Of a stretch of 64,000 nucleotides of DNA, positions 48,406 to 59,181 are shown one piece after another. The notes below the pieces were generated by a model. The model was not told the DNA's origin and did not search any database. It worked only from the letters and a program-made list of their open reading frames with translations. The first letter of the stretch is position 1, and every line of letters starts with the position of its first letter. Origin of the DNA: Mustelus asterias (Eukaryota); assembly GCF_964213995.1 (NCBI RefSeq), contig NW_027590215.1, positions 248,001 through 312,000 of the forward strand, read 5' to 3'. The translations under genes were made by a program, and so were the position numbers.

Positions 48406-49016
48406 GAGGCCAACATCTGTGAGTAAAACACTTTCTTTTCTCCCCCTTTCCATTTCTTTTCTCATTCTGGGGGAAATTGGGGAGTTGCAGCAACTGAAGG
48501 GAAAGGAAGTGAATCCAGTCGGTATGTTCCACACATTGTTAGTCCAGTCAGATAGACATATATCTGTCTGGCAGCCTGCATGGAGATTTCCAGCTCTCTG
48601 TGTCCAGGACAGGAAGCAGTGAGCATAGATCTATCAATCAGCACCGACAGGAGAATTGGGAGGGTGAATATTAGATACAGCAGAGTGAGAATGGAGGGAG
48701 AGTGTGTGGGATGGAGATTTGCAGCTCTTGGGGAATGAGAGTGGAAATAATGTTCCATGGAAACTCGAATTGTCTGTTCTGAATTTCTATCCTGTACTGA
48801 CAGTGATAACCTTTGTAAACTCCTTTTACAGGATATCAGAAGTTGAGGATTTTACAGACAGAAATCTCAAACCAAACATCACATCAACATCTGACAGAGT
48901 CACTCAATTCATCGGGACCTGAATATCTTGGGTCTTTGTATCCAGAAGGAAAAATGTTTCTCTGTTCTGTCGGCTTTAGCAGTCTTTAAACATCAGTGTG
49001 ACTGGAACAGGACTCA

Positions 49017-49018
<2 letters not shown>

Positions 49019-49057
<39 letters not shown>
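49019..49057 (+). repeat. (CA)n microsatellite in the ZNF 5' UTR
   Basis: About 19 CA units. Confidence 0.95.
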
Positions 49058-49062
<5 letters not shown>

Positions 49063-49217
49063 CAACTGAGATTTTCCCATGCAGTGACTGTGGAAAGAGC
49101 CTCCCAGTTACACAGCCTGAAAAAATATTGCACCATCGCAGCAGGGCACTATAATCTTGTTCTGTGTGAGACTTCAACTGATGGTCAAACCTGGAGCAAC
49201 ACAAGGACACCTGCAAC

Positions 49218-50060
49218 ATGGAGAAACCGTGGAAATGTGGGGACTGTGGAAAGGGTTGCAAAACCCCCTCTGAGCTGCAAATTCATCGACGTGTTCACAC
49301 TGGAGAGAAGCCGCACACCTGTTCTGTGTGCGGGAAGGGATTCACTCGGTTATATCATCTGCAGCGACATCGGCTGGTTCACACTGGAGAAAGAGCGTTC
49401 ATCTGCTTTGAGTGTGGGAACGGATTCGCTCATTTACCTGATCTGCAGAGACACCAGCGCGTTCACACTGGAGAGAGACCATTCATCTGCTTGGTGTGTG
49501 GGAAAGGATTTATGCAGTTATCCAACCTGTCAAAACACAAAGTCACTCACACCAATGAGAAACCCTTTAAATGCTCTGACTGTGGAAATGGTTTCAAAAG
49601 CTCTCGGGAACTGATGATCCACCAGCGGATTCACACTGGGGAGAGACCGTTCAGCTGCTCTCACTGCACAAAGACATTTAGAACATCATCCCACCTGCGG
49701 GAGCACCAGCGAATTCACACCAGGGAGAGACCGTTCACCTGCTCTGTGTGTGGGAAGGGATTCACTCATTCCTCCAGCCTGCTGAGTCACAATCTCACTC
49801 ACATTCAGGAGAGACCCTTTAAATGCTCTGACTGTGGCAGTGGTTTCAAAAGTTCTCGGGATCTGGTTATCCACCAGCGCATTCACACTGAGGAGAGACC
49901 GTTCAGCTGCTCTCACTGCACAAAGAGATTTAGAACGTCATCCAGCCTGCGGGAGCACCAGCGAGTTCACACTGGGGGGAGACCATTCACCTGCTGTTTG
50001 TGTGGGAAGGGATTCACTCAGTCATCCAGCCTGCGGAGACACCAACGAGTTCACAAGTGA
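49218..50060 (+). CDS. C2H2 zinc-finger protein, 280 aa, 10 fingers
   Basis: ATG-initiated MEKPWKC ORF, all fingers canonical; acceptor ttttacag at about 48831. Confidence 0.88.
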   Translation: MEKPWKCGDCGKGCKTPSELQIHRRVHTGEKPHTCSVCGKGFTRLYHLQRHRLVHTGERAFICFECGNGFAHLPDLQRHQRVHTGERPFICLVCGKGFMQLSNLSKHKVTHTNEKPFKCSDCGNGFKSSRELMIHQRIHTGERPFSCSHCTKTFRTSSHLREHQRIHTRERPFTCSVCGKGFTHSSSLLSHNLTHIQERPFKCSDCGSGFKSSRDLVIHQRIHTEERPFSCSHCTKRFRTSSSLREHQRVHTGGRPFTCCLCGKGFTQSSSLRRHQRVHK

Positions 50061-50470
50061 TGACAGGGGTTGAATTCTGCTGTTATTGCTGCTGTTAATC
50101 ACATCCAGGACTGAACCATGTTCATTCTGACAGTTGGTGAAGTGGGAGGGTCGGAGGGTTTCTTTCTGCTGGACTGGCCGGTCTCACGACTTTGCTTCCA
50201 GTGGGCTGATGCTCTTTGAGCCTGGGAGAGCACATTGCCACTGAAATGATCCACAAAAGCTGATGAAGGACATTTATTTTATCCTGGATAGTAAATAGTG
50301 TTTTTCCTACCACTACAGGGAGATCTAAAATAAATACAGAAAGGACTGCAAAAATGCATTAGGTCTGGCAGCATCTGTGGAGAGAGAAACAGTGTTAATA
50401 TTTCACACTACTGGATTGGGAATCAATCTAGTAAATCTCCTCTGAACTGTTTCCATGGTATTTATAAAAT

Positions 50471-50785
50471 GGGGCAGCACAGTGGTTAGCACTGCTGCCT
50501 CACAACGCCAGGGACCCAGGTTCAATTCCAGCCTGGGTCACTGTCTGTGTGGAGTTTGCACATTCTCCCTGTGTCTGCGTGGGTTTCCTCCGGGTGCTCC
50601 GGTTTCCTCCCACAGTCCAAAGATGTGTGGGTTAGGTTGATTTGGCCGTGTTAAATTGACCTTTAGTGTCAGGCGGACTGGCTGGAGTAAATGCATGTGG
50701 TTATGGGAATAGGGCCTGGGTGGGATGGTGTTTGGTACAGACTCGATGGACAGAACGGCCTCTGTCTGTACTGTAGGGATTCTCC
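50471..50785 (+). mobile_element. HE1/V-SINE-like copy
   Basis: SINE head, body and tail. Confidence 0.85.
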
Positions 50786-51240
50786 AATCCTTTGTTTAAT
50801 AGGAGACAAAAACTGCAGCCCCTATTCAAGATGCAGTTCCAGCAACGCCCTGTATAACTGAAGCATAACGTCTTTACTTCAATGTTCAATTTCTCTCAGA
50901 ATAAAGGATTGCATTCCATATGTAAGAATTTTGATTTGTTTGAACTAAGATTTATGGGGTTCACTTGTTTACAACAACCTCCCTAATCATAACTCACCCA
51001 GGTTCCAGTGACTCAACCATATGGCAAGAAAGAACACTTTCAATGGTGAATTCAGAAAGTTTATTCACCATTAAAAATGTAACAAGTCAGAAAGATTTAA
51101 AAAAGCAAAGTATCGATCAACAGTAAAGGAGAAAGCTTAACTTTAACTTCTCTCCATCCCTCTCAGACCAGTACATGAAGTGGTGGCACTGAAAACACGG
51201 ATAACTTGTAAAATCAACAGCTCCCAACACCTCTCTGTAG

Positions 51241-51500
51241 GACACAGTGGTTCGCACTGCTGCCTCACAGCGCCAGAGACCCAGGTTTGAGTTCTGCCTT
51301 CGGTCACTGTCTGTGCAGAGTCTGTATATTCCCCCTGTCTGTGTGGGTTTTCTCCCACAGACCGAAGGACTTGCTGGTTAGGTACATTGAGCATGCTAAA
51401 TTCTCCCTCAGTTTACCCGAACAGGCGCCAGAGTGGCGACTAGGGGATTTTCAGAGTAACTTCATTGCAGTGTGAATGTGTGACACTAATAAATAAACTT
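51241..51500 (+). mobile_element. tRNA SINE with an alternative tail (..ggggattttcacagtaacttcattgcagtg..aataaataaac)
   Basis: SINE head plus a tail shared with 51825-52122(-), 203-272 and 12700-12770. Confidence 0.75.
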
Positions 51501-51824
51501 AAAAAAACCTTGAACTTTTAAAAACTTCTGCCAAATTGGTTTCTCGAATCCCCTTTTTTATACTTTCAGAATGTAGAAAGCCCAGCTCAGCCAATTGTTG
51601 GGAATTAGCCAATTGGTCTATAACTTGTCAATAATGAAACTGGTTTGGTTTTTAGCTAGTTGCACAAATTGTCTGAATTTTAAGACAATTCTTTCTCTCA
51701 ACCGATATCTCTTAGCTTGGGGGAGCCTGAGTGTTGACCAATAATTGGTTAACATCAGTCATTCAATGTTGAGACATCTTGAACAGGAGCTGATTCATTC
51801 CCTCCAGTCAATGTTAACAATGTT

Positions 51825-52122
51825 TTAAAGTTTATTTATTAGTGTCACAAGTAGGCTGACATTAACACTGCAATGAAGTTATTGGGAAAATCCCCCTAGT
51901 CGCAACACTCCGGCATCTGTTCGGGTTCACTGAGGGAGAATTTACCATCGTCAATCCACCTAACCAGCACGTCCTTTGGACTGTGGGAACAAACTGGAGC
52001 ACCCAGAGGAAACCCACGCAGACACGGGTGAGAACGTGCAGACTCCGCATAGTCACCCAAGCCGGGAATTGAACCCAGGTCCCTGGCGCTGTGAGGCAGC
52101 AGTGCTAACCACTGTGGCACCG
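51825..52122 (-). mobile_element. tRNA SINE with the alternative tail
   Basis: Inverted homolog of 51241-51500. Confidence 0.78.
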
Positions 52123-53382
52123 CACCACGCTAACAAGTCTTGTTATCTGTTTTTTTTCTATTCTGTTGGCCTCAGAAGGGAACATTTTATAATTCCCACA
52201 GCATTTTAAACATTCTTTATATCTTTATAATTCTAAACGTTATAAACTTTTGTGTTCAAATTTACATTTCCAGCCTAACAACTGTATTAATGAATCATTT
52301 ATTCTTTAATTGTCTCTCAATTCAGGCTGTCCATTTAACTAATCTCCTGCTTTACAATTGTGGGAACTTCAGTCACAGATAAGGTCGGCAAATGCATTGT
52401 TAAAAGCAGGATGTTCTTTATATAAATAAATAACAAAGTTTAAAAATCATTGGCAAACAAAAGGAAACAGGAGCATTGGAACCAGCCTGGACTTGCAGAC
52501 TGAAACCCTGCCCAAAGTCCGCACGTGCTCAGAAGGGAGAGAGGTTGAGAAGAACACTCTGTAACACTTCTCCTCCCCTTAAATTTCAATCCCCCATCAG
52601 GACAGAAATACAACAAAGTAATGTCTTTAACAATACGGAAGTCTGTCAGAAGCTTTGTGGTTGCATTGCGACCTGTACAATACCACTGGTAAATCTTGTA
52701 ATGGTGTTTCTGGAATGGGAGGTGAAGAGGTAGTTTGAGAATCTGTACATAAACATTCCTCTTCCACTCCCACAGCAGAGTCAACTGGCAAAGCTGGAAC
52801 CATTTCCTGGTGAACATCCACAGCAGCATGACCCTCTGCCATGTTCTCAGGAACAGGTTGTTGACTCTGAAACTGTTCCTGACTCGGGGTCACACCGCAA
52901 GCAAATATGGTCTTAGTGGCTATGCTTAAAATTTCCACATTTAACTGGTTCCCATAAATCCTCAATTATAAAGCAAAATAGACATAAGTTTCCGGGCGAT
53001 TTAAAAACAAATTAACTTTTCTACTGAACCTAAAGGGGTGGGGAGTGAGCAGAAAAAAACTTGGCACACAATTACATCACTTTACATAATTTAAAAAATC
53101 TCTAACAACAAAACAATCTTAATTTTAAACTTCATCTATTATTCTTTTTGTTTTCTTCCTCAACCGAATTATTTTAATTTGATCAGTTTTTGTTAGGGAT
53201 GGGTCACTTCTGTTCTTTATAAACTGATTCATTCGTTTTGTTAGTTCTACATGAGAATCAGAACCCAGACTTTATCATCCTTATAAGAACATAAGAACAT
53301 AAGAAATAGGAGCAGGAGTAGGCCATCTAGCCCCTCGAGCCTGCCCCGCCATTCAATAAGATCATGGCTGATCTGACGTGGA

Positions 53383-56300
53383 TCAGTACCACTTACCCGC
53401 CTGATCCCCATAACCCTTAATTCCCTTACCGATCAGGAATCCATCCATCCGCGCTTTAAACATATTCAGCGAGGTAGCCTCCACCACCTCAGTGGGCAGA
53501 GAATTCCAGAGATTCACCACCCTCTGGGAGAAGAAGTTCCTCCTCAACTCTGTCTTAAACCGACCCCCCTTTATTTTGAGGCTGTGTCCTCTAGTTTTAA
53601 CTTCCTTACTAAGTGGAAAGAATCTCTCCGCCTCCACCCTATCCAGCCCCTGCATTATCTTATAAGTCTCCATAAGATCCCCCCTCATCCTTCTAAACTC
53701 CAACAAGTACAAACCCAATCTCCTCAGCCTCTCCTCATAATCCAAACCCCTCATCTCCGGTATCAACCTGGTGAACCTTCTCTGCACTCCCTCCAATGCC
53801 AATATATCCTTCCTCATACAAGGGGACCAATACTGCACACAGTATTCCAGCTGCGGTCTCACCAATGCCCTGTACAGGTGCATCAAGACATCCCTGCTTT
53901 TATATTCTATCCCCCTCGCAATATAGGCCAACATCCCATTTGCCTTCTTGATCACCTGTTGTACCTGCAGACTGGGCTTTTGCGTCTCATGCACAAGGAC
54001 CCCCAGGTCCCTTTGCACGGTAGCATGTTTTAATTTGTTTCCATTGAGATAGTAATCCCATTTGTTATTATTTCCTCCAAAGTGTATAACCTCGCATTTC
54101 TCAACGTTATACTCCATTTGCCATATCCTCGCCCACTCACTCAGCCTGTCCAAATCTCTCTGCAGATCTTCTCCGTCCTCCACACGATTCACTTTTCCAC
54201 TTATCTTTGTGTCGTCTGCAAACTTCGTTACCCTACACTCCGTCCCCTCCTCCAGATCATCTATATAAATGGTAAACAGTTGCGGCCCGAGTACCGATCC
54301 CTGCGGCACGCCACTAGTTACCTTCCTCCAACCGGAAAAACACCCATTTATTCCGACTCTTTGCTTCCTGTCGGATAGCCAGTCCCCAATCCACTTTAAC
54401 ACACTACCCCCAACTCCGTGTGCCCTAATCTTCTTCAGCAGCCTTTTATGGGGCACCTTATCAAACGTCTTTTGGAAATCCAAAAACACCGCATCCACCG
54501 GTTCTCCTCCATCAACCGCCCTAGTCACATCTTCATAAAAATCCAACATGTTCGTCAAGCACGACTTTCCCCTCATGAATCCATGCTGCGTCTGATTGAT
54601 CGAACCATTTCTATCCAGATGCCCTGCTATCTCCTCTTTAATAATGGATTCCAGCATTTTCCCTACTACAGACGTTAAGCTGACCGGCCTATAGTTACCC
54701 GCCTTTTGTCTCCTTCCTTTTTTAAACAGCGGCGTAACATTAGCCGTTTTCCAATCAACCGGCACTACCCCAGAATGCAACGAGTTTTGATAAATAATCA
54801 CTAACGCATCCTCTATTACCTCTGACGTTTCTTTCAATACCCTGGGATGCATTCCATCCGGACCCGGGGACTTGTCCACCTTCAGTCCCATTAGTCTACC
54901 CAGCACTGCCTCTCTGGTAACATTAATTGTATTAAGTATTTCTCCTGCTGCCAACCCTCTATCGTTAATATTTGGCAAACTATTTGTGTCGTCCACCGTG
55001 AAGACCGACACAAAAAACTTATTTAAAGACTCAGCCATATCCTCATTTCCCACTATTAACTCCCCCCTCTCGTCCTCCAAGGGTCCAACATTCACTCTAG
55101 CCACTCTATTCCTTTTTATATATTTATAAAAACTTTTACTATCATTTTTTATATTAATTGCTAGCCTAGCTTCATAGTCTATCCTTCCTTTCTTTATCGC
55201 TTTCTTAGTCTCTCTTTGTTGTTTCTTAAATTTTTCCCAATCACTTGTTTCTCCACTATTTTTGGCCACTCTGTACGCAGCTGTTTTTATTTTAATACTC
55301 TCCTTTATTTCCTTCGTTGTCCACGGCTGGTTCTCCCTTTTCTTACAATCCTTGTTTTTTGCTGGAATATATTTTTGCTGAGAACTGAAAAGGATCTCCT
55401 TAAAAATCCTCCACTGTTCCTCAGCTATCCTACCTGCCAGCCTGCTCTCCCAGTCTACCTTAGCCAATTCATCCCTCATCCTATCATATTTCCCTCTGTT
55501 CAAACAGAGGACACTGGTTTGGGACCAAACTTTCTCCTCTTCCATCTGAATCAGAAATTCGACCATATTGTGGTCACTAGACCCAAGAGGGTCCTTCACA
55601 ATAAGATCCTTAATTCTACCTACCTCGTTACACAATACCAGATCCAAAATAGCTCGTTCCCTCGTCGGTTCCGTAACATGCTGTTCAAGGAAACTATCCC
55701 GACAGCATTCTAAGAACTCTTCCTCCATTCCACCCTTACTGACTTGAGTCTGCCAGTCAATGTGCATGTTGAAGTCCCCCATGATTATTGCCGTTCCGTT
55801 TTTACACGCATCCCTTATCTGCTTGTTTATAGCCCTCCCTACCTCAACATTATTATTTGGGGGCCTATATACCACACCTACTAGTGTCTTTCTCCCTCTA
55901 CTATTCCTCATCTCTACCCATAATGATTCCACGTTTTGTTCCTCAGAGCCTATGTCATCCCTCAGTACTACCCTGATATTATCTCTTATTAATAGCGCGA
56001 CCCCACCACCTTTTCCTTCCTGTCTATTCTTCCTAAACGCCTGATACCCCTGGATATTCATCTCCCAGTCCTGGTCACCTTTCAGCCACGTTTCTGTAAT
56101 GGCCACTAGATCGTACCCACTTGTGCTGATTTGCACCATCAACTCATTTACCTTGTTCCGAATGCTTCGTGCATTCAGGCAAAGTGTCCTTATTCCAGCT
56201 TTTATCTGGACCCGCTTTGATGAGTCGCGAACACCCTCTCCCTCTACTCCCTTTTCTAAATTACCGCCTTCATTCACTTGCACCCTCTCCTCTACCATTA

Positions 56301-56388
56301 ATTTTGTAATTCCCCTTACCCCTGCATCCTCCCCCCCATCAATTAGTTCCTTGATCCTGGTCAACTCTTCTAGCTCCCCTCCCCCCAA
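53383..56388 (-). CDS. CR1 ORF2: APE endonuclease plus reverse transcriptase
   Basis: NARSI, ITETW, GGGVA, VYRPP, MGDFN, SDH (APE); KSPGPDG, LDFQKTFDKV, VPQGSVLGP, FADDTK (RT); no stops in 1001 codons. Confidence 0.96.
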   Translation of the reverse strand: MGGGELEELTRIKELIDGGEDAGVRGITKLMVEERVQVNEGGNLEKGVEGEGVRDSSKRVQIKAGIRTLCLNARSIRNKVNELMVQISTSGYDLVAITETWLKGDQDWEMNIQGYQAFRKNRQEGKGGGVALLIRDNIRVVLRDDIGSEEQNVESLWVEMRNSRGRKTLVGVVYRPPNNNVEVGRAINKQIRDACKNGTAIIMGDFNMHIDWQTQVSKGGMEEEFLECCRDSFLEQHVTEPTRERAILDLVLCNEVGRIKDLIVKDPLGSSDHNMVEFLIQMEEEKVWSQTSVLCLNRGKYDRMRDELAKVDWESRLAGRIAEEQWRIFKEILFSSQQKYIPAKNKDCKKRENQPWTTKEIKESIKIKTAAYRVAKNSGETSDWEKFKKQQRETKKAIKKGRIDYEARLAINIKNDSKSFYKYIKRNRVARVNVGPLEDERGELIVGNEDMAESLNKFFVSVFTVDDTNSLPNINDRGLAAGEILNTINVTREAVLGRLMGLKVDKSPGPDGMHPRVLKETSEVIEDALVIIYQNSLHSGVVPVDWKTANVTPLFKKGRRQKAGNYRPVSLTSVVGKMLESIIKEEIAGHLDRNGSINQTQHGFMRGKSCLTNMLDFYEDVTRAVDGGEPVDAVFLDFQKTFDKVPHKRLLKKIRAHGVGGSVLKWIGDWLSDRKQRVGINGCFSGWRKVTSGVPQGSVLGPQLFTIYIDDLEEGTECRVTKFADDTKISGKVNRVEDGEDLQRDLDRLSEWARIWQMEYNVEKCEVIHFGGNNNKWDYYLNGNKLKHATVQRDLGVLVHETQKPSLQVQQVIKKANGMLAYIARGIEYKSRDVLMHLYRALVRPQLEYCVQYWSPCMRKDILALEGVQRRFTRLIPEMRGLDYEERLRRLGLYLLEFRRMRGDLMETYKIMQGLDRVEAERFFPLSKEVKTRGHSLKIKGGRFKTELRRNFFSQRVVNLWNSLPTEVVEATSLNMFKARMDGFLIGKGIKGYGDQAGKWY

Positions 56389-56393
56389 CCTAT

Positions 56394-57323
56394 CTAGTTT
56401 AAATTCTCCCCAGTAGCCTTAGCCAACCTACCGGCCAGGATATTGGTCCCCGTGTGATTCAAGTTCCACCCGTTTTTTGTATACAGATCACCCCTGCCCC
56501 TAAAGAGGTCCCAATGGTCCAGGAACCTGAATCCCTGCCCCCTGCACCAGTCCCTCAGCCACACATTCATCCTCCACCTCACTCCATTCCTGCCCTCACC
56601 TTCCCGTGGCACAGGCAGTAATCCTGAGATTACTACCTTTGCTTTCCTCTTTCTCAGCTGTCTCCCTAATTCCCTGTACTCCTTTTTCATGACCCCTTCT
56701 CCCTTCCTACCCACATCAGCGGTACCAATATGTACCGCTACCTCAGGCTCCTCTCCCTCCCACCTCAGGATTTCCGGGACGCGACGAGCGACATCCTGGA
56801 TCCCGGCCCCAGGGAGGCAGACCACCATGCGAGAATCCCGCCTACCTCCGCAGAAACGCCTGTCTGTCCCCTTCACCATCGAGTCCCCGATTAATACCGC
56901 CTTCCTCCTCTTTTCCTTAGCCCTCTGAGTTACAGGGCTGGACTCCACTGCGGAGACACGGCCACTGCTGCTTCCCCCAGGCGGGCTGTCCCCCCCAGCA
57001 GTACTCAAGCAGGAGTACTTGTTGTGCAGGGGCAAATCCACCGGGGTGCTCTCAACCACCCTAGCCTTACCCTTCCTGGCCGTCACCCACTTGGCCTCCT
57101 CCCGTGGCCCTGGTGTGACCACCTGATGATAGCTCTTGTCTATCACCTCCTCATTCTCCCTCATCAGCCTAAGATCCTCGAGCTGCAGTTCCAGCTCCCT
57201 AACACGGTCCCTCAGGAACCGCAGCTCGACACACCCCTCACAGATGTGGATGTCCGGGAGGCCAGATGCCTCCAGGACCTCCCACATCCTACACTGGGAA
57301 CAGCACACTGGTTTCACACTCAT
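56394..57323 (-). CDS. CR1 ORF1: Cys zinc-binding motif, coiled coil, SGNH esterase-like domain
   Basis: CSQC..CEGC, LRDRVRELELQLEDL, LIGDSMV, LPGA, VHIGT, LNHTG; first ATG at 57323. Confidence 0.92.
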   Translation of the reverse strand: MSVKPVCCSQCRMWEVLEASGLPDIHICEGCVELRFLRDRVRELELQLEDLRLMRENEEVIDKSYHQVVTPGPREEAKWVTARKGKARVVESTPVDLPLHNKYSCLSTAGGDSPPGGSSSGRVSAVESSPVTQRAKEKRRKAVLIGDSMVKGTDRRFCGGRRDSRMVVCLPGAGIQDVARRVPEILRWEGEEPEVAVHIGTADVGRKGEGVMKKEYRELGRQLRKRKAKVVISGLLPVPREGEGRNGVRWRMNVWLRDWCRGQGFRFLDHWDLFRGRGDLYTKNGWNLNHTGTNILAGRLAKATGENLN

Positions 57324-59181
57324 ACTGGACACTTTATGTCAAGTAAGACCGTGAAAAGTTAATAAGAGTGTAAGGAAACAAAAACTCACCCCTGCTCGTC
57401 CAAGCCCTGTGAGCCAAAGCCCTGACAGCTCACTCAACTTCCCACTCACTCTGCTGCCCGCTACGATGCTGCCCGCTGTATACTTTGGTGCACTTTTAAA
57501 CCCTCCAAAAACTTCCCCTGGCCTCTCCTGGCCCTACTTCCGGTTATGAAAAAAACCTCCGATTTTAAACCCTTTATCTCCTTTTTATCCTTTATCTCCT
57601 TTTGCCACCACTCCCTCTGTTTTGCGGGAGGGTCGTGGGGATTCCAATCAGAACTAATCATTTTATCATAAAAGTAAAATACTGCAGATTCTGGAATCTG
57701 AAACAAAAACAGAAAATGCTGGAAAATCTCAGCAGGTCTGACAGCATCTGTGGAGAGAGAATAGAGCCAATGTTTCGAGTCTGGATGACCCTTCATAAGA
57801 GCTCTTCTGAAATGTAATCCAGACTCGAAAGATTGGCTCTATTCTCTTATCATTTTAATCAATATGTTTCTTGTTCTTAGTTTCCAAATGGCAGGTAAGA
57901 GACCTGTCCAGTCCCCAATTGAGCTCTGATTTTTCACTGGCCATGCTTGGGTAAGATTATAACTATTAGAATCTACTCTCAGAGGTCCGCTTTTCAGTCC
58001 ATTGCTACTTGGAGTATGCCGTCACTTCACCGACTATCAGGTCACAAATATATGATAAAATAATTTAAATAATGCCTGAAAACGCTTTGAACCAACTACC
58101 TATCATCGTTTGTTGATTGGTCAGACCCCCTTTTTACAGATTCAAGTATCTCAGCCGCTGAACACCAGCCAGTCCTGGAATAAGTTTAATTCTCACTCAT
58201 TCTGAGTAAATATTCTCACCAGGTCCTCTATCAGGGCCCTGCTAAGCAGCTTTCATGGTCCGTGATTGCAGAAACTGAGCAGTCACAGGAATGTGGTCAA
58301 GATAGTCCAGTCCCATAATGCCTCACATTCAATCTGCAGTCCTTCAATTATAACAGAATATGTGGCTGTGTGTAGCTGCCTCGGCCGTGGTCAACCCCAA
58401 CACTGCCTTCCTGAACTGCTACAATGCCTGAGGTGTAAGTACACCCACAGTGCTGTTAGGGAGGGATTTCCAGCTACACATTCCAGACTTTCACTGGACT
58501 GTAGGTGGATACCAGATTGATATATTCCATTCAACCACACCCAAGGTGAGTTATTCCAATTCCTTTATTGTCCAGGAAAGTATAATCACAATATCTTTAA
58601 AACAGAAATTAAACATTCCTATTTAATTTCAGGTATTAACACATTCTGTTAGTTTGTTCTTTATTGTCAAGGTCAGGCTGGGGTTGTTCCCCTTGGAGCA
58701 AAGGAGGTTGAGGGGAGATTTGATAGAGGTGGACAAGATTCGGACAGGTTTAGATAAGGTGGACAAAGAAAAGCTGTTCCCATTAGCTGATGGGACAAGG
58801 ACGAAGGGGGTGCAGATTTTGGTTCAGATATGTGGGATGGGGGGTGGAGGGGCGGGGAGGGGGGCGATGTGAGGAAGAATATTTTGATGCAGCGAATGGT
58901 AATGACCTGGAACTTGCTGCCTACGAGGGTGGAGGAAGTGGAGACAATAAACAATTACAAAGGAAATTGGATGAGCATTTGGGGGCTTTCAAACAGAAAT
59001 ACTAACTAAATATCTCTTAACTACCGAGCACCAGCCACTGGAGGCAAAATCGTGAGACCGGCCAGTCCAGCAGAAAGAAACCCTCTGACCCTCCCCATTG
59101 ACCAACTGTGAGAATGAACAAAATGCAGTCCTGGATGTAACTGAGAGCAGAAACAACAACAGCAGAATCCAACCCCTGGAA

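Larger units (their letters stand above)
50921..52950 (-). mobile_element. Gypsy-like LTR retrotransposon 3' remnant: integrase tail, PPT, 3' LTR with two SINE insertions
   Basis: Minus strand ..PLQDLPVVLYRSQCNHKASDRL.., PPT AAGGGGAGGAGAAG (52580-52567) then TGTTAC (52566); ends ..TTACA at 50921; AATAAAC near 51060. Confidence 0.5.
53283..57570 (-). mobile_element. Full-length, apparently intact CR1 LINE
   Basis: 5' UTR, ORF1, ORF2, 3' stem and (TTCTTATG)n tail; absent from the paralogous site at about 25864. Confidence 0.95.

Noticed and set aside
53584-56416. Antisense ORFs inside CR1 ORF2
   Set aside because: Typical opposite-strand shadows of LINE coding sequence.
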